A stretch of DNA of 42,267 bases from Macrostomum lignano (taxonomy: Eukaryota). The position numbers and the translations under genes are program-made. Positions 19,320 to 31,281 of the stretch are shown here, piece by piece. The notes under the pieces were generated by a model. That model ran no database searches. It saw only the letters and a program-made list of their open reading frames with translations, and had not been told where the DNA came from. How positions within the stretch are numbered: the first letter of the stretch is position 1; each line of letters begins with the position of its first letter. Location: NCBI GenBank assembly GCA_002269645.1, contig NIVC01004550.1:1-42267 (forward strand). The letters run 5' to 3'.

Positions 19320-21699
19320 CCGGCCATAAAGACATTTTCTCCCGACTAAGTAGTTCTACCTCCTGTTAAAATGAGCGATATGACTAGTGGTCCTTGACAT
19401 CGACTCAAAATATCGGGTACAGCTCTTGTTACTGCAATGTTGTCATGGCTATTCCACTATTCTTTTTGTAGCCAGGTCCGCTACTTCATTCTAATAAAAT
19501 TTACTAATCTTGTTTTTTGACAAATCATCATTTTGCGGCAATGCAGGGTAGAGATACGAGCTATCATTGATCTCACGCTGAATTGATCAAATTAACGTTC
19601 CATGAACATAGCGCCCTAGGCTAGTCGCAATTATCATGCTGAATATACAGGTAATGTACCCCTTAGATTGCTAGAGGAGCCCTCTTTGATGCACATTTGT
19701 GTCTAGTGTCACAATCCGCTCATCTCTATACACGAACTGGCTGTGTAGGCAACATCAATGTCCTTCTCAATAGTCTTCAGAGTATTCTACTTTTAATGCG
19801 GTCTTTGGTTCAATGGTTTCAAGATACAGCTTCACGCCAGCTAGTTTGACCTCCATCAACGTGGTCAGCTTCTGTCCAAATTCCTCAATCTGGATCATCT
19901 CTAGTCAACCTAAATGAGCAGCTAAAGTTGTTTGTCAATTGATTGAGGCTTATTGCAGAAACCACTCATAAATCTCAAAGGTACAAAATATCTACAGACC
20001 TATACAGTGGATAAAGTGGTTCTGGCCCCGGTCATTCTCATCCCCTTTCTGCTTTCTATTGGGGATGAACCCAGCGCTTCTTTGGGGTTGGGCGGAAATA
20101 TTTCCGTGAAAAAGCCGCGGACAGAACAGCCCATTGAAGGCAAAACATGTCGTGATTCATGTATTTCTGTTCTGTTCTGTAAATTTCTCTGTGCAAAACT
20201 AATATCTTCAGTGGCAAGCACTGGTCCTATTGGGTAGATTGGTCGCTCCAAGTCTCCCTGCTCCTGTTTCTTCTACATTTCACCTGGGAAAGTCAATTGC
20301 ATTGATTTGTTAACTAGAAAGCGTCTCCTTTCTTGATGTTCCTTTGCATCTTTTATAGGGTGCAGGCTGACTTCATTGTTGCTTAATGACTTCCTGCTGT
20401 TTTTCTTAGCAACCAAAGTAACCGGGATCCTTAATAAAGATTTATTTGTAGGCACTTCTTATGCAGGTGCTTTTTTCCTGAAACGAGATGGCTGTCTTGA
20501 AAAATAAGTCGACAGAATTTTTAGCTTGATCAGGAAAATTAGGGGGTGGTCACCCTGACTACCAAAGTAAACTGTCGCTGCATAATACCTAGTATAGTGC
20601 TATAAGTTCACAAGGTTGGATAAAGTGGGTTGTTTAATCCCATCACATTGCATTATTGCCAAAACCTGCTCTGTTTAATGTCATGATGGCAATTTTTTAC
20701 AATTTCAGACTTGCTACCGGAATCATCACAGCTTTATGGGGTTAGAGAAACTCGGTGGTGTTTGACGGCGGTTGGCTGGGTATTTTATCAGTATAATTTA
20801 GCTTATAATATGGATGAGGCTTGAGAGATTTGGGTGATTGAGGATTGGGCTTATTTAAAGGCAGCATTCGTGTGCAACACATAATAATCAGTCGGATTTC
20901 TTGATACAGCTGTCTAGTTATCTGATAACTGCATGTCTTCTCAATATCTAGATAAATACCATGATAACAGTTACAAAGTCACACTGTTCTCTGCGTTTTG
21001 TGACAGCTGTGGCGGCCAACAAAGGGCAGTCCGTTATCATTGACGAAAGCTGTGGGCCTCTTTAACGAAAGACTGGAGATGCAAAGAATTTTATCCAGAG
21101 CCGATTTGATCGCCTTCACAGCTCATTCAATTATGCTCAATGTTTTACGCTTGATTGTCAGCAAATAAAAAACTTTGTGACCAATTCGCAAATGGATTCA
21201 CTCGATTCTTATATGAATCCACAATTCCACAGCAAGATCTGCGGCAGGTTTTAGAAGCGAACAGATCGAAAGTCTGTGCTTGCGGTTTTCTTTTTCCGGA
21301 AAATAAACTTCGTATAGGGAGGTAAAATCCAGTCGGATGAACAGGTTAAACGCGAGGTTGGCTCAAGTACGAGTGTGTTTTGTTTACTGCAAGCTTCTAA
21401 CCCAACTGGCTCGGCTGCAGTACTGAAAGCTTCAATTTCCTTTCTGAAGGAAAACGCGATTCTTATTCAAAATGAGTATGAAACCAAACCGGATGCAAAC
21501 TCACGGACCGACCAAACACCTCAACTACCACACCTCGCAACCCAACTAAATGCCAGAAGCTGCTGCATCTTGAGTTGCTCCTTGGGGTCAATACGGCGGC
21601 TTCTGATGATGTTTCGATGGTAAGTCAGGAACATTCTTTTGTGCCAGCAGTGACTCAGGTGATTAAGCTTTCAGATTCTACAGTCCTACGAGTACAAAC

Positions 21700-22085
21700 A
21701 CAGCATGGTAGCTTAGAAAAAATTTAACTGACTCTTTGCAGCTACAGTAAATTATCGATTTTGACGGAGCAGGGCAGGACAGTTGCGATTTAAGCAAGAA
21801 CCATAGCGCGAGGATTGTGTTGGGATTGGCAAAAAATAAGCAGCTGGAACAGAGGAAACTGTGGACAAAGGAATAATTGCTGGTTCTATTTATAAAATTG
21901 TCGTGTGGGTCAGTGTCTTCCCAGCGTTTCTGGGCTACAATGCATCAAAGTCAAGCCCAACAGACGCAAAGCGAAGCTTGGATGAAACTAATCGATGTAA
22001 TTAAGCTCCTGTGCAATATGGATTTTTACAGAGCAGGGCAGTTGTGTTAACGCTGGTCTGTTTCATTTCCTTTATCTTCATGGGC
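21700..22085 (-). repeat. Inverted copy of 12135-12520
   Basis: Reverse-complement similarity over ~390 bp, judged by eye. Confidence 0.85.
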
Positions 22086-23154
22086 GCCGTGGATTAGGCA
22101 ACAGCCGCAGTACGAGAAACGGCCTCTTAGCATTTCATTCGGAAGTTGCGAGCGTACCTCAGCTACCATTCCCCCCTATAGCTACCTTTAATTGTACGCT
22201 TGTATAACATTGGCTTTGGGAGTCGGTGATTAAGCAAAAGAAGCATTTGCGTATCAAAAAATTCAAGCCCAATAGGCGGAACGCTGGGGTTCTGTGCTTG
22301 GATGAAGCCATTCGGCAACGGTGTAATATCGATTTTACAGAACAGGGATCGCATGCCCATTTGTTCTTTTTTTGTTATTTTCAAAACAACTAAGCAGGCC
22401 TGAAGCCAGCTGATCACTGGATTTATGGATAACGCCAAGCTGATTTGCCTGTCTTCTTCAGCTGTAATTTTGTAAATAATTTTATAACACAACCCTAAGC
22501 CCAGATATTCTGCACATAAAATAGGCTGTGCGAGCTACAAGTAAACTCTTCAAAAAAACAGCTATATATTACTTCAGAGGTACAACCTAGCTGTTCTGAT
22601 TGTCAGTGTGCACTTTCTTCCCCATTGTCATTGATTGTCCCCTTCGTAATATGCAGAGCTGTAGCAGCTGACATAATCATTAATAGTTACTTCATACCTT
22701 TGAAATGAATGGGCTGTGAGTGTCTGATTGATATTAAGAACATTAATTTCTTCTTGAGCCGAGAACTTTGTATGCACTAGGTGCATTCTTTCTTGCAGTG
22801 GCATTTTGATTTTTACAGTAGGTGAGGTTGGATTCAGGTAGGAGCCTGGTGAGAATATTTTATTTCAGGATTTTAGGGATCATAAATATTAAAATATTGG
22901 AATTATGGAGGAAGTGAAAAACTTTGTACTAAAAGCCCCCCCCCCTATCCTGACAGCTATACTATTCTGGGATGGTGTCCATAGAGACGAGGACAACAAA
23001 TTCTATTCGCTGGATAGCCCAGCCAGCCAACAGGAAAATGCAGCTGAGACATTATATTTAGAGCTGCAACTGCTCACTGGCTTAGCGACTTTCCTGGCTT
23101 AGAAGCATCTGCCAATCTACCTCGACAACCAAGCCCTGCTGTCAGCGTCTTGGA

Positions 23155-24223
23155 ATGACACTTCACAAAGTTGCCATAACCTTGGCAGTGCTGATTTCAT
23201 TCGCCGACGGTACATCTTTTGTCTTCGACAAGAGGCCGGACTTGTGCCACAATGCTGAGACTGCAGCTGACGGTCCGCGCAAACTGCTGGGCGTTGCCGA
23301 TCCTCGAGTGTGCGCTGTCGAATGCGCGAGCAACACGACTCTGTGCTCAGTGTATGAGTACTCGCCTAGCAACAGGTCATGCATTCTTGGAAACAGCTGC
23401 GACCTGCTGCATTTCTGGCAACTCAGCGGCGAACCGGCCTGCAACACGCAGGTGCTGCGAGGCGCAGCAGACTGTGAGACTGCGTCAGTGACTCCGACTA
23501 CGACTTCAATTCCGATTACGACTCCTACAACGACCGCTACGACTCCTACAACGACCACAACGACTCCTACAACGACCACTACGACTCCTACAACGACCAC
23601 AACGACTCCTACAACGACCACTACGACTCCTACAACGACCACTACAGTTCCGACAACGACCACTACGGCTCCTACAACGACCACAACGACTCCTACAACG
23701 ACCACTACAGTTCCGACAACCACCACTACGGCTCCTACAACGACCACAACGACTCCTACAACGACCACTACAGTTCCGACAACGACCACTACGACTCCGA
23801 CAACGACCACTACGACTCCTACAACGACCACTACGACTCCTACAACGACCACTACAGTTCCGACAACGACCACTACGGCTCCTACAACGACCACAACGAC
23901 TCCCACAACGACCACTACGACTCCTTCAACGACCACTACGACTCCGACAACGACCACTACGGCTCCTACAACGACCAAAACGACTCCTACAACGACCACT
24001 ACGACTCCTTTAACGACCACTACGGCTCCGACAACGACCACTACGACTCCGACAACGACCACTACAACTCCTTCAACGACCACTACGACTCCTACAACGA
24101 GCACTACAACTCCTTCAACGACCACTACGACTCCGACAACGACCACTCCGGCTACTACAACAACCACTTCAGCTGCAACTACGACTCCGGCCACTACGAC
24201 TCCGGCTCCACTGGCACTAACAG
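23155..24223 (+). CDS. Secreted PAN/apple-mucin-glycine-rich protein, copy B, exon 1 (long Thr-rich mucin stalk)
   Basis: First ~125 aa nearly identical to copy A, followed by ~30 PTTTTTT-type heptads; donor ACAG|GTATGC at 24224, phase 1. Confidence 0.82.
23500..24200 (+). repeat. Coding 21-bp VNTR (CCTACAACGACCACTACGACT), Pro-Thr6 heptads
   Basis: Direct inspection; variant heptads end in T, V or A. Confidence 0.95.
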
Positions 24224-24629
24224 GTATGCATAGAAAGAAGTTCAGGTAGCCAAGGTAGACGAGTAGAGGAGCTCAACTTTTGCCTATTCACCGTCATAAG
24301 AGACAGGCAACCTGCTAAGACAGCAAATATAGGCGCACTTCTGGACTGCGGCCCCTCCAATTAAAATTGCTGCGTACGCACTGACCAGCGATCAGTTATC
24401 GGTCCCTGTGGCTTCCGTCAGCGACCATTCGTTGGGCCTATTTCTTTCGTACCTGATTAATTGAAAATTCTTTTTTTCGTCACGGTTTCTCAAGGGTTCT
24501 CAAATATTAATGCAGATCCCATAAAGCAATTTGCATATTTTAAAAGCTCAAACTTCGTAATTTTAATCTGTACGTTGCTAAACACTCCGACGTGTGGTCA
24601 TGATGCATTTTAAATTCGTCTTGATCTGA

Positions 24630-26345
24630 CTTGACTTAGCGACAGGGGTTTCCGGGCATCCGGATACAGCAGGGAGGGGTCGCCCATTCCGCTAACCGCT
24701 GGCGACCACGGGCAGCTGGTGCTGGGGTGTCGCGCAGGGAGATGCGGTGTGCCGGTGTCTCTGTCCGCCGGGAGAGTGGTTCGGTGGGCCTAGCTGCGGT
24801 GCGGCACGTGGGAAAGAGCTGGTGAACATGGCGTCCAGCAATTTCCTGGGTTCTCAGAAAGCGGGCCATCCGGTCTTTTAATTACTAAGAGAGAGCTTTG
24901 ACATTTTTGAGAGTGAGAGCCTCGATCACGCGTCATCACGGGTGGGTGCCTTCTGACTCCGCGCAGTATTGGCGCCACTTGTCGGACTTGGCTTTCCTCG
25001 CTCTTCTTCGTCGCTATTAGTACCCAGAGAGGAACATCACGAGCACAGAGAGGCAAAACAATGGCCTTAAAAGCCAAGACGAGCAGAAAACAAAAAAGGG
25101 AAAAAAACTTAAACCAGCAACGTTAGCAGGAGACGCAAAAGAAAGTAGGTAACGCCGTTAAAACTGGACATAGACCCCCCCGAGCAAAGGAAGCAGACGC
25201 CGCCACCGCCTGACAGAGCTGCGGCAGGTACCGCTGCACCGCACTGCTCCTCCAGTCCCCGATGCGCATGACATCCGACACGGGCGGACCCAGCGCCGAC
25301 ACCCAGGTCGCACCCCCCGCCGCAGGCTGTGGGTGGAGAAAAACTCGCGATTGAAATCGGCCGCGGCCAGCTTGCTGCTGAGAAAGCGGTCCAGCTGCGG
25401 GCCTGTCGGCAGACGCCGGTTGCCTCGGGCATCGCATAACGACCAGAGGGGCTGATCGGCCGACACCAGCCGATTCTCACAGATGTGTCGCTTGAGGCAG
25501 CGACAGGACACAGTGCCAGCCGTCGAGCCAGCCTTGGGAGAAAAACCAGATGCACGCCGCTCCTTAAACTGATGGTCTTCCGAATCGCAGCGCAGGGCAA
25601 GGACCCTGGGGTACCTCTGCGTTGCATGAGTGCTCGGCCCTTAGATGTTCGACGGAGCAGGTTAGACTTGCGGAGCATAACCGCCAGCAGCAGTTGACTG
25701 TCGCCCAGCATGCTAGCTGAAACTTGGCCCCGTCGACTTGGTGCTGCAGATCCACCAGCATGAAGAGGGATACCGGCCACTTCTTGGTAGCTGGAAGTTC
25801 CAACTCGCGTTTGGCGCCACGTGGAAGCAGTGCCGTGGCAGCATGGTTGGTCAGGTCTAGCGCAGAGTTGACTCAGAACCAGAGCGACAGGGAGCTGGCC
25901 ACAGAGGAAACACCGCTGAAGGAGCGCATCCGGGTGCCCACAAGGTCAGCCAGATAGTTGAGCAGAGCTACTACAGGACAGTGGACCGAGTCCCAATCAA
26001 ATTGCCGGCAAAACTCACGCCGACAAATTGTTGGCGCATACGAGGCGCTCAGCAGCAAGGCGTCGCGGTGGATGAGTGGGTCCGGCGCATCTTGGCGGCC
26101 TGTAAATGAAGGGAGGCGGTGGTGGCGGGGCAGAAAGGCATGCATCTGCAGAGTCGCCAGCGTCCACTGGCACAAAGAAGCATGTCAACGGAGTAAAAAA
26201 GTTTAACAACTGGCTAGGCTCATGCAGCCGAGAATTCGAATCCGCAAAAAGCTGGAACTCGCCCGATATGTGAAAGGCACAAACACTCATCCCAATGCGC
26301 AGTCATTGCCTTCCTCTTGAAGGTCTGAGGCCCTGTTGTCCATCC
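24630..26345 (-). mobile_element. DIRS/Ngaro-type tyrosine-recombinase retroelement, 5'-truncated and frameshifted, inside the intron of gene copy B
   Basis: RNase H end HISGEFQLFADSNSRL, then YR N-terminal region (LLSASYAPT...HCPVVALLNYLADL), ALCPVAA, FFSTHSLRRG (25340-25314) and GGATWVSALG...MRIGDWRSSAVQRYL, spread over several frames. The 3' boundary is approximate. Confidence 0.82.
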
Positions 26346-26487
26346 ATTTCGATTATGTTCTGAGTAGCGGCAGGATTTGAGTGAGAGTCCACCGGAAGTT
26401 CCGGTGTTGCAAATGTCTGATCGAGCCGCGGTACCAACCTCGGTTGGCGTTTCAGCAGCATCAATAGACGTGCTAGAAGTAATTAAT

Positions 26488-26802
26488 ATGATAATAATAA
26501 TTGATTAGACCTATCTAATTGGGCAGATGTGCAACCGACAGCTCAGCCGCAGCTACTGTGCGGCACATCTGAAGGCTGCGTACGGCTGTTCAGTCCAAGG
26601 ACTGGGGGGTCGCCACACACAGCCTCAATTACCCCAGCTAGCTAATGCTGGCGCCCATTTTACAGCTGGGTGAACTGAAGCAATGCGGAGTCAAGCGTCT
26701 TCCTGAAGGACACATATTGTTCCGAGTGGGTCGAGAATCGAACCCCCGATTCCAGTCCTACCAATCGTGAGTCCGACGCTCCAACCACTAGACTACAACC
26801 CC
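26488..26802 (-). mobile_element. tRNA-derived SINE (CORE-like), copy 2
   Basis: Minus strand GGGGTTGTAGTCTAGTGGTTGGAGCGTCGGACTCACGA...GGTTCGATTC; body colinear with 11331-11590; (TTA)n-like tail. Confidence 0.85.
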
Positions 26803-27944
26803 AAATTACAGGAAGCAATTAGAATACTCAATGAGTCGCTGAAAGGCGAATGCGTACTAAAGGTGAGAGACTGCTAGGCCGTAACCCCAAACCCAACAGC
26901 CAGCCAAAAGATAGCGACCGGGGGTGGCCTAAGCCCTTACCGGCCCAACCGCTAGCAACCGAGAAGCTCCCCAGCTAAGAGCCCCGCTTGTAGAAACCAG
27001 AAGCCGAACCAAAGGTCCACCAGCGCGGTGCTACTCTGGGCCCTCGAGGGAGACAAGAGGGCTGTCTCCGGAGACTGGGACTGGTCGCATACCCTGTTAG
27101 GTCAGAGGGTGATAACTGTTTCTTAGAGCCGTAACCAGATGTGCCTCATAGGCACAAATTCCCTTCCGGGCAAAGCCGGTACCCAAAACGGCCAAGCCAA
27201 GGCCACGGATGGGTTGCCGCCGTCAATCCAGCAGCCCTAGAGCTGCCTTGAACACATGCTGTTCTGGAGTTCCATTTCTATATAATTTAGGGGTTTTTCT
27301 TGTTGTCTACTCGTAATTGTACATGCATTTTATCTCTTTAATGTACATGAGCCATCCGCTCTCTCTTCTGCTTAACCCACCCCACGTTAAATCTCGTAAA
27401 AAGGCACGATATTTTGATTAAGTGCATTTTAGGTGTTTTTTATGCCTGCGCGAGATCGCAGGATTGGTGAAGGCAAAACCTTTTAAACATCCGATTTTTC
27501 TTTGTTTATTTTTTGTTCTGAAAATATTATTCGATTGAACATGTGGGATGGGAACGCCTGGGTCAACTTGTGGGTCAGCTTAGAGAGAGTTCTCCCGCCA
27601 TTCCTGCACGAATGGAGAGGAGTGGGAACGAGATAAAAGAGGAAAGTAGATTAAAAAGAAAAGAGCTGAGAAGAGGCACCAGCCTTGAGCAGACGGTATA
27701 GAGGATTCAAGCACCGGATACAGAGACTTTGCGGTCGGATGTTTGGCGACCCCTGATTAAAATAGACAAACGCTGCACACGCAATTCGCACAATTCGTTT
27801 TAAGCTTTCTCTGCTGCATTCGCGAGATATATGATATTCACACGTTTTCTAGCTCCAAGCTTCCAAAATTTCCCCTCTGGACTTCCGAATTTCAAATTCA
27901 ATTTAAATCAATTCAATTTTCTCCTTTGCGACATAAAATTTCAG

Positions 27945-28688
27945 TGCCAACCTCGGGTTCAAAACAACATGGAACGCCGGTGACCTACACGCCCCCTGTG
28001 GACAATGCCTGCTATCGGTTCGAAGCGCGTGGCGCCAAAGGAGGTTCCGGAAGCGCAGCCGGTGGATGGGGCTATAAAAATTGCCCACTTTATCCTGAAC
28101 AGCTCTCAGACGTTGACTATTGTTGTCGGAAAACCCGGAAACAATGGCGATGGCGGCGGCGGCGGAGGCGGCACTTTCGTCTACACGAGTGGCGGCAGTC
28201 CCGTCCTGCTGCTGGCGGCTGGAGGAGGAGGCGGTGGAGGAGGCGTCAGTTCGGCTACAGGCAGCCCTGGAATCAGTTCGACCGGCGGCTGCTCCGGATT
28301 GGCCAATCAAAACGCGGGAAGCAACCCGTCCGAAATTAACTGTGGCGCCGGCGGTGCCGGATGGCAATCACCTGGGACTCCACCTGGGGGCAGCCATTGT
28401 GGCTCAGTTGGAAGTAACTTGGCAGGAGGTGATGGCGCATCAGGCGGCTTTGGTGGCTACGGTGGTGGAGGCGGTGGAGGCCGATCAATGGGACCAAATA
28501 AGTCCGGAGGCGGCGGTGGCGGAGGCTACTGCGGCGGCTCCGGCGGGGCGCAAGACAATCCAGGTGGCGGCGGCTCCAGCTATGCAGCTTCTTCAGCCAA
28601 GCAAGTTTCAGGATCGGATGGAGGCAACACCGAAGCTGATGGCAAGCTAGACATATCTATCGTGGCTAGCTCCTTCTGTACACCGTGA
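27945..28688 (+). CDS. Copy B, exon 2: ALK/LTK-type glycine-rich domain (apparent 2-nt deletion at ~28067)
   Basis: Acceptor TTTCAG (ends 27944) with ~30 bp of intron conserved with copy A. GGTGGA-T-GGGGCT here versus GGTGGA-AAC-GGGGCT in copy A shifts the frame; the rest is open to TGA at 28686-28688. Confidence 0.8.
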
Positions 28689-29400
28689 TCACCCGATGGA
28701 AACGCTACCGTGTCAAGGATCACAAAACACATAAAATTCTAGTAACTTTGTGGCGACTCTTGTAAACTTTAACGACTCAAATGACTGTAATTCGACGTAG
28801 AGGCGAATGTGAATTCAGAAACGTGTCATGTGAGTTGTAGCTTCTTAAGAGTCGCAAAAGAGTCGTCCATGAGTCAATTTTAACAATAAACGCTGTTGGA
28901 ATGATAAAGGCGCATATTTGAGGGAAAGAGTCAATTTTTGAAGGCAATGTTTCGTCGATAGACAGAGACGAGTTGGTTTTTACATTTGATTTTAATTGAT
29001 ACGTTCGTGCCAATCACGTGTATTGCAATCGTCGAGAATGCCATGTTTGCCAGAATGGGAGAAAGGCAGTTGAACTTCCTGGCAGTTTCCTGCCACATAT
29101 TTGCTTGTAGTTTATTCGTTTTGCACACGGTTTCGCCTTAGAGTAAAAATACCGTATTGGTTGTAGACGCGGCTACATCTATCTGTGAACTTTTTTCTCG
29201 CTTTTATGGACAATGTTTGTGGACACGCATTTGATTCCAGCTAATCCACTCACACTTACAGGCAACTCTGTTGCTTTCAAAGCAAATTTACACACTGTAG
29301 GCAGTCAGTCAGTCTCGTGGCTCTTTCCCACTATGCTTTGCTAATGGAATGCAATTAAGAAAAAGCTGCATCGTAAAAGTCTTAGTGATAGTTTTTTCCC
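28689..29400 (+). repeat. Non-coding block 'R', copy 3 (3' of gene copy B)
   Basis: Colinear with 14962-15610 and 8440-9010. Confidence 0.75.
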
Positions 29401-29779
29401 AGAGACAGACCTGATAGACAGAGGCTCTGCGTTTGATGGACTCGCTCGCTCAACAAGTCAACATGCCACAGGGGTTATAAAGTTATCGATGAGGACAGCC
29501 TTTATTGACCGTTTGTCAAAGCTGAAAAGGCATCCTGGACGAGTCGCTGTGCTCGCAACACGGTCTGAAGCTTCTGAAAATTTAAAATAAATTTAGATAA
29601 TTCTCCGGTGTTATACATACGCAGGTTGAAGTTCATGTAAAATTGAGTGGCGCTACTGTCCACAGCTGACTCGTGCGATCATGACTTAATGCAAATTAAA
29701 ATAACGAGTTGACTTTCTAATCTGTTGGCGCCTTTTGCTCTTCCTAACTCCTTTCCTGTCTTGCTAAATATAAAAGATG

Positions 29780-29983
29780 TGTCGCAAATCGGACATGGAT
29801 TGACGTCACTAATACTTGCGGATTAAGAAGTGTAAACTACCTTAAGCTCGTGTACCAACCGGCCGAGTTCTACTTCGGCAGGGTGTTCCTCGTTCTGGCG
29901 CTGACGTCGGGCACGGTGGTCATCTGCGTGCTGCTGGCCTGGAACAACAGGACCGCTCGGCGAATGCACTCCGACACGGCCGG
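29780..29983 (+). pseudogene. GPCR paralogue, part left of the Ginger insertion (ECL2-TM5-ICL3)
   Basis: ANRTWIDVTNTCGLRSVNYLKLVYQPAEFYFGRVFLVLALTSGTVVICVLLAWNNRTARRMHSDTAG, ending in the CCGG TSD. Confidence 0.92.
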
Positions 29984-31281
29984 TGTTAGGGTTTCTGCTC
30001 TCCGGAGTTAAGGATCTCCGGCCCGGCGATCCAACCAAAAAAATTACGCGATTTTACAATCGCCCTCACGGATATCAGGAACCATGACATAAGATAAGGT
30101 TACAGATCGCCGCCATGCTAGACTCTCCGGAGTATTATTATCTTAGAAAATTGGAAGATAAGAGATAAATTACATTTCTCTGTTTCTAGAAAGCACAGCT
30201 CGTGAGCAGCCTGTAGCTTGCGCAACTTTTTCGATGAGTTCATCCATCTAGTGCATCGTACATTTGCATGCCCTGTGAGGGCTAAATTTAGAGTTGGCCA
30301 GACTTGTGCATCATTTTTCGTCTCTGTGCATTTGTCGAGGGATTTGATTGTCATATATAAGCAGTGAAATAAAACATATTGTGAGCAATTGTCTGTTTGC
30401 GGTTATCTTTACTTTCTACTTGTCAAATGGCTACTTTGAATCAAATATTCTTTTATGTACTGAACAATGACTGCGCACAAATTCCTGTTGACTTGAACTC
30501 GAGAGAGAAAAGCAATTTGAAGAGGCGCATCAGGTAAAAGAGCAGAAATTTTAGCATTCACGATGGAGCATTGTTTTACATGGTGAAAAATAAAGATGGC
30601 AGTAAGCGCATGCGGCCCGAAGACAGACGCAAGGTGCTGTTTACCGAGCAAGAAGTGCAAGTAAAGGTTTTGAGCCTTCATTCTCAAGGGAGCCATGTTG
30701 GCTTGAACAGCACCGTGAGTCTTTTCACGGCAAGGTACTATGCCGATATACCTGTAACACCGATTGCCAAAGCTGTGGTTCAGGCGTGTGCGAGGTGCGA
30801 AATGGTCAACAAGAAGTTTTCTTCAGCGCAGAAGGAGCTGCATCCCATTGAAGTTTCCAGGAATGCAGAGCGCCTCTTCGGCTTTTTGTGCATGGACTGC
30901 ATCACAATGGAGGGCTCATCGGAAGTCAGAGTTTAAGGCAATGGCCTAATTGACACTCGCGGCTACCGCTAGTGTCGCTAGTGTAGCTACCGCCGCTCGT
31001 GTCAAAGGCCATTGCCTTAAACTCTGACTTCCGATGAGCATCATTGCTTAAAATTTCAAAACTCTTACGTAATCTACGCACTTTATGTACACTATCGTGA
31101 ATTCTTATCAGTCGATGCTGCTAAGGGGGTTTGAGATAAGGTTGCCTCCACCTCGCCTATGTCTCACCTTTAAGTCGCGCACCTGAAGTCAGCCACCCCT
31201 TACTCTGCACCCACCCCTAAATTAATTAAAAATATAAATATTTGCGTGTCTAGAGGTCAAATCTCAGATAGAGAAAAGCGG

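Noticed and set aside
21375-21623. Ankyrin-like remnants (DANSRTDQTPQLPHLATQLN; also GKTLAHTAIL at 12154-12336)
   Set aside because: Single partial motifs in short ORFs; not distinguishable from chance without an HMM search.
21595-21625. Hammerhead ribozyme cores at CTGATGA sites (here and ~41617)
   Set aside because: No stem II followed by GAAA could be formed.
16542-22497. One large hAT element from TAGGGGTGTT (16542) to AACACAACCCTA (22497)
   Set aside because: The end match is weak and the flanking 8-mers (GTACAGAG vs AGCCCAGA) are not a TSD.
22905-23102. 65-aa ORF upstream of gene B, with a faint mariner-like AILFWDG
   Set aside because: The start and frame are not preserved in copy A (different C-run length, no ATG); no other transposase motifs.
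23163-24194. 343-aa Val-rich minus-strand ORF
   Set aside because: Antisense shadow of the Thr-rich VNTR. The same reasoning applies to shadows 13500..14147, 14402..14923, 28120..28650, 7338..7802 and 7553..7849.
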